Below, piece after piece: positions 7,185-16,059 of a DNA stretch of 49,956 nucleotides (position 1 is its first letter; each line of letters starts with the position of its first letter). The DNA is from Methanobacteriota archaeon. Lineage in GTDB: Archaea > Thermoplasmatota > E2 > DHVEG-1. Location: NCBI GenBank assembly GCA_017885605.1, contig JAFNFT010000037.1, positions 389 to 50,344 of the forward strand, in the 5' to 3' direction. The notes below the pieces were generated by a model, which saw only the letters and a program-made list of their open reading frames with translations, did not search any database and was not told the DNA's origin. The translations under genes and the position numbers were made by a program.

Positions 7185-9914
7185 CTAAAAATGATCGATA
7201 GAATCAAACACTTGCCATTCAACAAATTCTGTACATTCAGCTATTATCTTCTGAGCGATTTTTTTCTTTAACCCTGTCTTCGTAAGGTCTTTCACGGTTG
7301 CTTGACGTAACTTCTCAACGGTGGTATATCCCGAATTACTCAGAATACCTGCGGTCTCCTGATCAATGCTATCAAATGCGACGAACGGGTCGTTTCGCTC
7401 TGTTATTTGGTTCGTTGATTTTTCCTTTATGATTTCTTCTTTCATATGAATATCCATCTTTTTCTTCGCGTTCTCTTCTTCTTTCATCTTATATTTATGC
7501 TCTTCTTTTTCCTTTTTTCTCTCTTCTTTTTGCATCTTTCGTTCAAAAACTTTCGTTTTACGAATTTCTTTTTCTTCTGCTGCTATTCTTACTAAATCCA
7601 TCGTTTGTTTCTGTTGTTCTGCTTGTTTATGTTCGTCTATTACTTCAGTGCCTTTTGCTTTTCCAAAAGAGAGTCTACTGATATGCTCTCTGTCTTTTTT
7701 CTCATCAAATTGTTTTAGTTTTTGTTCTTTTTTCTCCTTTTCTTTTGATTCCATTTCTCGTAACGCAAGGTCGCGATCTTTTCGTTTCTGTTCTTCTTTT
7801 AAAAGTCTGCGTACCTCGCGTTCCTTCTCCTTAACTTCTTTTTTCGAAGGTTTTTCATCTGATATATTCTGTTTCCATATTTCTTTGTTTGTCTTATTAG
7901 ATCCAAAAAGATTTTTACGTTGTTTTTCCTCTAACTTCTTTTGCATTTTCTGTTCTTTTTCTTTCTTTTTTAATTCCAAACGTTCCCGCAATGCTTTTTC
8001 CTTCCGTTCCTTTTCAAGACGTTTCTGTTCACGTTTTTTTTCCTTTACAATTTGTTTTTGCGTTTCTGTTGTTGTTGACGGGACCTTAGTGATAACCGAA
8101 GGGAGACTTTCAAGTTCTTTTTGTGTTACCTCATCATATGATGACCAGGGGGTAATATTTGTTTGTTCTTCTTTCTTCGTCCAAAAGCTTTTCTTAGGAG
8201 TTTTTTCTGGTTTCACCATTGCAACTGCAGGGATCTTAGCTTGACCTTTGCTTTCCTTCTTTTTACCAACTGAGGCTGCGAAAGGTGTCTTTTTTTCTTT
8301 TTTTGTCATACTGGTTTTCAATTTTTCTTTTTTCTTTTTTTGTCGCTCTAGTAGTTCCAATTGCGATTTCTCTTCCATTTCTTTTAAAAGATGTTGTTCT
8401 TCCCGTTGTTTTTCTTCTGCTTGGGCTGCGACCTGTTTCTTTTCTGTTTCTATTTGTTTTTGTTCTTCTCGTTGTTTTTGTTGTAACTCCACTGTCTCTA
8501 TTTTTAGTTTCTTTTCCTTTTCTTTTGCGAGTCGTTTGGCTTCTCTATGTTTTTCTTTTGCAATCAGTTTTGCTTTTTTCTCTTCAATCTTTTTTTGTTT
8601 GTGTCCCTCTTTTTCTTTTTTCGCCATCTCTACTTGTTCGAATCGTAGTTTCTCTTCACGTTCTTTTAAAAGACTTTGTTCCTCCTGTTCCTTTTCCTTT
8701 GATTCAACCGCAGCTTTTTTCTTCTCGAGATCCTTGCTTTTCTGGGTTTGTCGCTGCTTATGCTGGAATTCTATCCACTCTAATTTCAATTTCCGATCAT
8801 GTTCTTTTGCGAGCCGCTTTGTTTCCTGTTTTTTTTCCTTTATCTCAAGTCTTGCTTTTTTCTCCTGGATCTTTTTTTGTTTGCGGTCCTCTTTTTCCTT
8901 TTTTTGTCTCTCTACGACCTCTAATCGTGATTTTTTCTCTTTTTCTTTTTGAAGACGTTGTTCTTCCCGTTCTTTTTCTTCTGCTTGAACAAACGCTTGT
9001 TCTAGCTCCAATTCTTTTCGTTTTTGTTCTTCCTGCTGTTTTTGTTGTGACTCCACTGTCTCTATTTTTAGTTTCTTTTCCTTTTCTTTTGCGAGTCGTT
9101 TGGTTTCTTGTTCTTTTTCTTTTACTTCCTGTTTTGCTTTTTTCTCTTCGATCTTTTTTTGTTTGCGATTCTCTGGTGCTTTTTTTCGCATCTCAAATCG
9201 CATTGGTTCCTTTTTCTCAGTTGTCAGCGTTTGAAATTCAACTGGCTCAAATGAAGGTATTTCGTTTTCTTGTCGATGTGGAAATGATAAAAACCCTTTC
9301 TGCTCCTCCTTCAACGGTTCCGACTTTTGAGAAAACTCTTCACGCAGTGTCCCTTTTGTTCTACCGGAAGTTTCTGTGAAAGGAGGTTCCTTTGATACTG
9401 GCTGAAACTCAGGAAGTTCCTCCTCTGTTTTGTTCTGATTCGATGTGGATAAGAAGGATTCTTTTTTAACCTGTGATTTTTTCAATAATGTTTTTGGTTT
9501 TACTTCTGTAAATACCTTCTTTGGAACAGAAATCTTTTCAATTTCAAAGAGTGATTCTTTGGCAAAAGGGTCTTCTTTGACTGGTAAAAAATCCACCATG
9601 GCATGTTCTTTTTCTTTTTTTATGAATCGGGGTCCAAGGTCTATTTGAATTACTTTTTCGTCTTTTTTCTGGATATCCTTTTGTTTATGGATAACAACCT
9701 GCGGTTGTAGCCGCCCCGAAGCTGTTGGGAGGGAATCAGAGGAACCAACTTGTTTGTGGTCTTTAATAGAATCATCGGATAATAGTTTTCGTAAATCTTC
9801 AAGTTTTGCAGCATCGAACGAGGAGATTGTTCTTTGTTTTGGTAATGAGGCGCTATCTATTAAATCGTGCAACTTTTCAATATCTTTAACACGTGTTTTT
9901 CTCTCTCGCACCAT
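7185..9914 (-). CDS. Large K/E/Q/R-rich repeat protein with C-terminal helix-hairpin-helix-like domain
   Basis: 909-aa ORF with a long charged central region. C-terminus (IDQETAGILSNSGYTTVEKLRQATVKDLTKTGLKKKIAQKII) resembles HhH/Rad51-N-like domains. Confidence 0.75.
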   Translation of the reverse strand: MVRERKTRVKDIEKLHDLIDSASLPKQRTISSFDAAKLEDLRKLLSDDSIKDHKQVGSSDSLPTASGRLQPQVVIHKQKDIQKKDEKVIQIDLGPRFIKKEKEHAMVDFLPVKEDPFAKESLFEIEKISVPKKVFTEVKPKTLLKKSQVKKESFLSTSNQNKTEEELPEFQPVSKEPPFTETSGRTKGTLREEFSQKSEPLKEEQKGFLSFPHRQENEIPSFEPVEFQTLTTEKKEPMRFEMRKKAPENRKQKKIEEKKAKQEVKEKEQETKRLAKEKEKKLKIETVESQQKQQEEQKRKELELEQAFVQAEEKEREEQRLQKEKEKKSRLEVVERQKKEKEDRKQKKIQEKKARLEIKEKKQETKRLAKEHDRKLKLEWIEFQHKQRQTQKSKDLEKKKAAVESKEKEQEEQSLLKEREEKLRFEQVEMAKKEKEGHKQKKIEEKKAKLIAKEKHREAKRLAKEKEKKLKIETVELQQKQREEQKQIETEKKQVAAQAEEKQREEQHLLKEMEEKSQLELLERQKKKKEKLKTSMTKKEKKTPFAASVGKKKESKGQAKIPAVAMVKPEKTPKKSFWTKKEEQTNITPWSSYDEVTQKELESLPSVITKVPSTTTETQKQIVKEKKREQKRLEKERKEKALRERLELKKKEKEQKMQKKLEEKQRKNLFGSNKTNKEIWKQNISDEKPSKKEVKEKEREVRRLLKEEQKRKDRDLALREMESKEKEKKEQKLKQFDEKKDREHISRLSFGKAKGTEVIDEHKQAEQQKQTMDLVRIAAEEKEIRKTKVFERKMQKEERKKEKEEHKYKMKEEENAKKKMDIHMKEEIIKEKSTNQITERNDPFVAFDSIDQETAGILSNSGYTTVEKLRQATVKDLTKTGLKKKIAQKIIAECTEFVEWQVFDSIDHF
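8320..9165 (-). repeat. Intragenic tandem repeat, 282-bp (94-aa) period, about 3 copies
   Basis: KQKKI(E/Q)EKKA...KRLAKE recurs with equivalent bases at 9161, 8879 and 8597 (282-bp spacing). Boundaries approximate. Confidence 0.85.
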
Positions 9915-9999
9915 CGTGCTTGAAAAGTGTTGTCCCGTATTAATAAATTTTCCTAAAATGAACGTGAGTTATGTAATAAGGAGTTATATCCTCTGTGTT

Positions 10000-10686
10000 T
10001 CACTTGAGGGCGTAGGGAAGAGGGTCTTTCATGTTTGCCTCTTGGAACCCTTTGAGGCGCAACAGACAGGAGTCACACCGACCGCATGCTGTTGCTTCTC
10101 CCCGGTAACATGACCAGGTTTGCGAAAAAGGGACATTCAACCTCACTCCTTTCTTTACTATTTCAGCTTTTGTCAGATGCAGAAGTGGTGCTTTGATACG
10201 AACAGTTTTTCCTTCAACCCCCTGTCGTGTCGCAAGATGTGCCAGCTGCTGGAACATTTTTATGTAATCTGGTCTGCAATCGGGATAGGCTGAGTAATCG
10301 ACGGCATTTACTCCTATAAAGATGGCATCAGCATTAATGGTTTCAGCATACGCAAGAGCAAATGAAAGAAAGATCGTATTTCTTGCTGGAACATAGGTTG
10401 ATGGAATGCGTTTCCCAATATCCTTAACCGGATGATTTGTTATCTTTTGAGTCGAAGATGAAAGAAGAGAAGACCCACCAAATTTCTGAAGATCGATCGG
10501 TAGAATGATGTGGTCTTTTGCACCGACCGCTTTGCTTATTTTTTTTGCGCATGAAAGTTCTTTTGTATGTCGTTGGCCATAGCGAAACGATAACGCATAA
10601 ATGTCGTACTCTTGTTTTTTTGCGGTAAAAGCAGTCACTGCAGAATCGAGACCACCAGAGATTAAACACACTGCTTTTTTAGTCAT
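10000..10686 (-). CDS. queC: 7-cyano-7-deazaguanine (preQ0) synthase
   Basis: SGGLDS PP-loop, STYVPARNTIF, YPDCR and Zn site TWSCY...CGRCDSC. Confidence 0.96.
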   Translation of the reverse strand: MTKKAVCLISGGLDSAVTAFTAKKQEYDIYALSFRYGQRHTKELSCAKKISKAVGAKDHIILPIDLQKFGGSSLLSSSTQKITNHPVKDIGKRIPSTYVPARNTIFLSFALAYAETINADAIFIGVNAVDYSAYPDCRPDYIKMFQQLAHLATRQGVEGKTVRIKAPLLHLTKAEIVKKGVRLNVPFSQTWSCYRGEATACGRCDSCLLRLKGFQEANMKDPLPYALK

Positions 10687-10689
10687 ATC

Positions 10690-11859
10690 TTATCGGTTCC
10701 ACAGTGGTGACATCGTACGAAGTCTCTCAACAATCTGAGGAAGAACCTTCGAGACATATGTTATTTCTTCTTTGGTGTTTTCTCGTCCAAGGGAGAGCCG
10801 CAGCGACCCATGAGCTTGTACCGGGTCTAAGCCTATCGCAAGTAGCACATGAGATGCCTGGAGTTTCTGAGACGAACACGCAGAACCTGTTGATGTCGCA
10901 ATGCCCTGTTCATCTAATCCCAGAAGAAGGGATTCTCCTTCGATTCCTGTGAAGCGGAAATGCGCGTTGTTCACCAGTCGTTTCTCTGGATGTCCATTGA
11001 GGTAGCTTTCCTCAATCTGCAATACGTTTTTTATGAGACTATCCCGTAATGTTTTCATTCTGCTATTGTCGGTTGTCATTCTCTTTTTTGCAAGCTCACA
11101 GGCTTTTCCAAGACCGACGATACCAGGGGTGTTTAGGGTACTGCTCCGCATACCTTTTTCGTGTCCCCCTCCATGGATGATTGGCTGAATCTTGACCCCG
11201 TTGCGAAGATAAAGTGCACCTATTCCTTTTGGTCCATAGATTTTATGGGAGGATAACGCCAGCATATCGATATGTTGTTTTTTGACATCAATCGGAATCT
11301 TTGTGACCGCTTGGACTGCATCGGTATGGAGGGTAATCTCGTGTTCCTGGGCTATCTTGCCGATCTCCTCGATTGGCTCAATGGTGCCTATCTCATTATT
11401 CGCAAACATGAATGAGAAAAGAAAGGTGTTTTTTGAAATTGAAGCTTGTAGTGTTTCCAGATTGATTAGACCCTGGTTATCCACTGGGAGATATTTGACC
11501 TGGAATCCTTGTGTCTCTAAATGCCGGCATACCTCAAGAACACCCGGATGTTCAATCGTTGATGTGATGATGTGCGGTCCTTTCGTTGTTCGTTTCTCTT
11601 TGTTCAAATACGCAATCCCTTTTATCGCAAGGTTGTCTGATTCGGTTCCTCCTGCGGTAAAGATTATTTCATCGTCCCGAGCGCCGAGGATTTCACCAAC
11701 ATGGGTTCTTGCAGTGTCAATTGCTTCTCGGGCTTCACGTCCGTACGAATGAATCGACGACGGATTCCCAAAATATTGTGCGAAATAGGGAAGCATCGCG
11801 TGAAGTACTTCTTCATCAACTTTCGTCGTTGATGCATGATCAAGGAAAATACGTTTCAT
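10690..11859 (-). CDS. iscS: Cysteine desulfurase, group I (IscS/NifS)
   Basis: FLDHASTT, GNPSS.H, GGTESDN, HTDAVQ, PLP-Lys SSHKIYGPKG, catalytic Cys in GSACSS. Confidence 0.95.
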   Translation of the reverse strand: MKRIFLDHASTTKVDEEVLHAMLPYFAQYFGNPSSIHSYGREAREAIDTARTHVGEILGARDDEIIFTAGGTESDNLAIKGIAYLNKEKRTTKGPHIITSTIEHPGVLEVCRHLETQGFQVKYLPVDNQGLINLETLQASISKNTFLFSFMFANNEIGTIEPIEEIGKIAQEHEITLHTDAVQAVTKIPIDVKKQHIDMLALSSHKIYGPKGIGALYLRNGVKIQPIIHGGGHEKGMRSSTLNTPGIVGLGKACELAKKRMTTDNSRMKTLRDSLIKNVLQIEESYLNGHPEKRLVNNAHFRFTGIEGESLLLGLDEQGIATSTGSACSSQKLQASHVLLAIGLDPVQAHGSLRLSLGRENTKEEITYVSKVLPQIVERLRTMSPLWNR

Positions 11860-11870
11860 TCTCGTTCACC

Positions 11871-12812
11871 TTACCTCATATCGATCATGCGTTGTAATGG
11901 GACTCGTGCTTTCTGCATGATCGCTTCCGATAATTGAATCTTTGGTTCCAAAGTCTCTATACTTTTTAATACTTTTTCTAACGTGATTTTTTTCATATTA
12001 GGGCACACTGCCGAGGGGATCGGATAGAATTTCTTCCCTGGGTTTTCCTTCTCCAGTCGGTAACACAACCCTTTTTCTGTCCCGATAATGAATTCCTTTT
12101 TTGGTGATGTCTTCACATGGTCGACCATCCCATTTGTAGAAAATACGTAGTCCGCCAGTTTGATGATTTCTGGTTGGCATTCGGGATGCGCAAGAAATTC
12201 TGCGTCAGGATGTTTCTGTTTCAGCAATAAGACATCATCTTTTTTGATATCATGATGCGTACGACAGACCCCTGGCCAGAGGATCATTTCTTTTTCTGGC
12301 ACTTGTTTTTGGATATACAACCCAAGGTTACGATCCGGGACAAAAATGATTTTTTTCGCAGTCCTGCTTTTTACAATCTTTACTCCATTTGCTGAGGTAC
12401 AGCAGATATCAGCCAGTGCTTTTACATCTGCTGTCGTGTTAATGTAGGCGACGACTTCTGCGTCAGGGTGTTCTTTCTTGAGCCATCCAAGACTTTCTGC
12501 ATCGACCATTTCTGCCATCGGGCAGTTCGCTGTTTTATCAGGGAGGATAACGGTTTTTTCAGGGTTTAAGATCTTCGCGGATTCCGCCATGAAATCGACG
12601 CCACAGAAAACGATTATTTTTGCGTCAGTTTTCGTTGCCTTTAAAGACAGGTCTAGAGAGTCTCCAACAAAATCAGCGATATCTTGGATTTCTGGATTTT
12701 GATAGTTATGAGCAAGGATGATTGCGTTATGTGTTTTTTTCCATTTATGAATCTGTTGTTGTAATGATTTCTGCATAGGGAAGTAACCCGCGATTTTTTT
12801 CCAGAATGCCAC
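11871..12812 (-). CDS. nadA: Quinolinate synthase NadA
   Basis: AHNYQ, GDSL, FCGVDFMAE, YINT, CTSAN, HPEC and three Fe-S Cys (CPMA, CRTH, CPNMK). Start may be the ATG at 12776. Confidence 0.96.
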   Translation of the reverse strand: MAFWKKIAGYFPMQKSLQQQIHKWKKTHNAIILAHNYQNPEIQDIADFVGDSLDLSLKATKTDAKIIVFCGVDFMAESAKILNPEKTVILPDKTANCPMAEMVDAESLGWLKKEHPDAEVVAYINTTADVKALADICCTSANGVKIVKSRTAKKIIFVPDRNLGLYIQKQVPEKEMILWPGVCRTHHDIKKDDVLLLKQKHPDAEFLAHPECQPEIIKLADYVFSTNGMVDHVKTSPKKEFIIGTEKGLCYRLEKENPGKKFYPIPSAVCPNMKKITLEKVLKSIETLEPKIQLSEAIMQKARVPLQRMIDMR

Positions 12813-12912
12813 AATGGGACATAAAGCTTATCCTTGCTGGTATTTTTATCCAACCAAGGAAAATCTATTTATCCTCGATATTGTTTTACTGGTTGTAGGA
12901 GATGGATAGCAG

Positions 12913-13365
12913 ATGGATATCGTAGCGTTTATTATTGGTTTAATCATCGGTGTCATCACCATAGGCGTCGCCATTGAGATAGGGATGAGGCGTGTCAATA
13001 AAGCTCAACCAGCAACCAGACCGACTCATAAGTGGAGTATCGCGGAGATAGCAAACCCTCGTATCATAGCGGAGAATCTGGGGGCTATCGAACTTCCGAA
13101 GAACGCAAAGATTGTAGTCAATGAATACGAAAATGGAATGACCTTAAAAGGAATTGAAGTAAAACAGCATTCTGGTATCCGAGGGAACTTTATTCTTGGT
13201 GATGATCGAGCATTGATTCTTTCAGGTCCTATCAAACCGGATGAACTTGGTATTTGGACCGTTGAGAAGGAGATGCTTGAAAAACTGAATAAATATTTTA
13301 ATGATAGCTGGGAGAAAGCAACACCATTGATAGACGACGAGCAACACAATGAGCATTCTCATTAA
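12913..13365 (+). CDS. Membrane-anchored hypothetical protein (possible degenerate PLD/TrmB-like fold)
   Basis: N-terminal TM helix and a soluble domain ending GNFILGDDRALI...FNDSWEKA. Overlaps the next gene. Confidence 0.6.
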   Translation: MDIVAFIIGLIIGVITIGVAIEIGMRRVNKAQPATRPTHKWSIAEIANPRIIAENLGAIELPKNAKIVVNEYENGMTLKGIEVKQHSGIRGNFILGDDRALILSGPIKPDELGIWTVEKEMLEKLNKYFNDSWEKATPLIDDEQHNEHSH

Positions 13366-14638
13366 AAATTCCACGATTCTTACCCAGAACGATTCTCGAC
13401 GGCAGATCCATGGTGATTTATACATTGATGACCATGTGATCGTGGAGTGTTCGGAGAAACCTCTTTCTCTGGAAGCTGATTATAAGATTGATGGAACTAA
13501 TAGACTTGTGTTACCTGGTCTGATCAATACTCATACGCATATCCCCATGACCTTGTTTCGCGGCTACGGTGATGATATGCTCTTGGGGGATTGGCTTGCT
13601 CAGCGGATCTGGCCTGTTGAGGCAAAACTTGATAAAAAAGCTGTTGAGGCTGGTACCGAACTCGGTCTTCTCGAGATGATTTCATCAGGGACGACATCAT
13701 ACCTTGACATGTATTTTTTTGAGGAAACCATCGCAAAGGTCACCGAAAAAGTTGGGATGCGTGGGTTCCTTGGTTTTGCCCTTATCGATTTTGATACTCC
13801 CGAGTACGAAGCCGGAGAACTCATACCGCAATGTGAACAGTTTGTACGACGCTGGAAAAACAATCCCTTGATTTCCCCTGCGATAGCACCACATAGTACG
13901 TATTCTTGTAAACCCGAGACCCTTCAGAACGCTCGTGAGATTGCGACCCGGCACCATGTTCCTTTGCATATCCATTGCTCTGAGACACGGGATGAGGTGT
14001 ACGACGTAGAAAAAAAATATGGGGTACGACCGGTGGAGCAATTAAAAAAACATGGGTTGTTGCAGAAAGATACGATTCTTGCGCATTGTAGTTGGATTAC
14101 AAAAAATGAGATTTTAGATATGAAAAACGCTGGTGTTGCAGTGTCTCATTGCCCGGTGAGTAATATGAAGATTGCAACCGGTGGCTTTGCACCAATCCCT
14201 GAGCTTCTCGAAGCACATGTTCCTGTTGGTCTTGGGACCGATGGTGCGGCAAGTAACAACACCCTTGATATGTTTGAGACGATGAAGTTCTGCGCACTTG
14301 TCCATAAAAATCATCGGTGGGATCCCACTATTCTGCCTGCTCAGATGGTTGTTGATTTAGCGACTCTTGGTGGGGCCGCCTGCCTCGGCATGAAACATAC
14401 TCTTGGTTCTCTTGAAGAAGGAAAAACCGCTGACCTCATCATGATTGATCTAAAAAAACCACATCTGACCCCGGTTCACGATGCAATCTCCCACCTTGTC
14501 TATGCTGTACGAGGAACGGATGTATGTACAACAATTGTGAATGGTACACCACTCATGCTCGAAAAAGAATTCCTAACCATCGATATGGAAAAAACATTAG
14601 AAAATTCCAAAAAAATCGCTTCAGAGTTAACTAGTTAA
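13349..14638 (+). CDS. Amidohydrolase, MTA/SAH/5'-deoxyadenosine deaminase family
   Basis: PGLINTHTH, APHSTY, HIHCSET, AHC, HCPVSNMK and GTDGAASNN motifs. Confidence 0.9.
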   Translation: MSILIKNSTILTQNDSRRQIHGDLYIDDHVIVECSEKPLSLEADYKIDGTNRLVLPGLINTHTHIPMTLFRGYGDDMLLGDWLAQRIWPVEAKLDKKAVEAGTELGLLEMISSGTTSYLDMYFFEETIAKVTEKVGMRGFLGFALIDFDTPEYEAGELIPQCEQFVRRWKNNPLISPAIAPHSTYSCKPETLQNAREIATRHHVPLHIHCSETRDEVYDVEKKYGVRPVEQLKKHGLLQKDTILAHCSWITKNEILDMKNAGVAVSHCPVSNMKIATGGFAPIPELLEAHVPVGLGTDGAASNNTLDMFETMKFCALVHKNHRWDPTILPAQMVVDLATLGGAACLGMKHTLGSLEEGKTADLIMIDLKKPHLTPVHDAISHLVYAVRGTDVCTTIVNGTPLMLEKEFLTIDMEKTLENSKKIASELTS

Positions 14639-14664
14639 ATCAGACCGCTATTTCTTGGCCGACC

Positions 14665-15930
14665 ATGCTCAATCTTATAGGTGTTATCCTTGCCTTTATC
14701 ATCATTCTTGTGTTGATTCGAAAAAAGGTAAGCTTTGGATTGACCCTGTTGCTCGGATCGATAATTATCGGTGTTTTTTCTCTTGAGGTTATCTCCCCTA
14801 TCGATATTCCGAAGACGATGATTGAAGCAAGTTTCTATTCTTTTAAGACACATCAGATAATTACCAGCACAATAGAACTTGCCCTACTGATGACCTTGAT
14901 TTATGTTCTTGCGAGATGCATGCAAGAAACAGGTGCAATCGAATCACTTATCACCAGTCTACGATCATTTTTTTCAAAAGGAGGCACCCTTGCTCTCATT
15001 CCCGCAGTCTACGGTTTAATGCCTAATCCGGGTGGCTCTTTATTTTCCGCACCATTGGTTGATAGCGAAGGAACAAAATATCACCTAGATAAAGATCAAA
15101 AAAATTTCTTAAACGTCTGGTTCCGCCATATCTGGTTTCCGATTTACCCGATTTCTCAGGCGATGATCATCATCTGTAGTGTAAATTTCTCCAACATTCC
15201 GATGGGAACTTTGATTCTTGCAAACTCCATCGGGTTTGTTGCATTTGTTATCATTGGTTTGATTTACCTTAAACGATTTCTCAAATCATATTCTCGAACA
15301 AAGGATCCAGCACCAAAAAATATTCAAGGCCTTATATATCTGCTCCCCCCTATCGTACCTCTCCTGTTCTATCCGTTAAAATATATTGGTCTTACTGAAA
15401 CAAGGTGTTTTTTACTTGGTGTCTCAGTCAGCATTATTCTTTTGTATTTCCTAACAAAAAATAATTGGACAACATACGGAGGTATCCTGAAAAAATCACT
15501 GACAGGGAAACTAGCCTTCGCTGTGTTTGGGATCATCATTTTTCAGGAAATGTTCAAGGCTTCCGGCGTTCATACCCTGATTTCTGAACTGATGAACAGT
15601 GTTGCGTTTCCCACCCTAGTCATCATCATTTTCATCCCTTTTCTCCTTGGGGCACTCACGGGAAGTGATTTTGGTGCGTTAGCACCACTTTCGTATTCTC
15701 TTGTTGCACCATTTTTTTCTTTTACCAGCATCGGTCTTCTCGGTTTGACGAGCCTTATCTTTATCAGTTCGTTCCTTGGTTATTTAATTTCGCCGATCCA
15801 TCTCTGCAATGTTCTGAGCAGTGAATATCTCAAAACCGATACCACCCGGATGTATAAGTATTTCATCCCCGCAGTCGTCGCCACCCTGTGTGTTCAAATC
15901 ATATTTGTTATTTTTGTGTTCCACGTGTAA
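14665..15930 (+). CDS. DUF401-like multi-pass membrane protein (putative transporter)
   Basis: Many TM segments; GLMPNPGGSLFSAP, NVWFRHIWFPIYP and SPIHLC motifs. Confidence 0.75.
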   Translation: MLNLIGVILAFIIILVLIRKKVSFGLTLLLGSIIIGVFSLEVISPIDIPKTMIEASFYSFKTHQIITSTIELALLMTLIYVLARCMQETGAIESLITSLRSFFSKGGTLALIPAVYGLMPNPGGSLFSAPLVDSEGTKYHLDKDQKNFLNVWFRHIWFPIYPISQAMIIICSVNFSNIPMGTLILANSIGFVAFVIIGLIYLKRFLKSYSRTKDPAPKNIQGLIYLLPPIVPLLFYPLKYIGLTETRCFLLGVSVSIILLYFLTKNNWTTYGGILKKSLTGKLAFAVFGIIIFQEMFKASGVHTLISELMNSVAFPTLVIIIFIPFLLGALTGSDFGALAPLSYSLVAPFFSFTSIGLLGLTSLIFISSFLGYLISPIHLCNVLSSEYLKTDTTRMYKYFIPAVVATLCVQIIFVIFVFHV

Positions 15931-16059
15931 AGATCATTTTCCGATGATGTTTATTCTCTGTGAAGATACTAGACGGTAGTGAAAAATAATGATATAGTAA
16001 CGGGGTATCTCTCTCATAAAAGACAAACCTTTTAAGAAGTAGCGTTCTACTCTATTCGT

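Noticed and set aside
7648-9379. Long plus-strand Phe/Ser/Cys/Leu-rich ORFs (198, 234 and 364 aa)
   Set aside because: They are antisense shadows of the K/E-rich minus-strand gene; the T/C-rich strand rarely forms stop codons.
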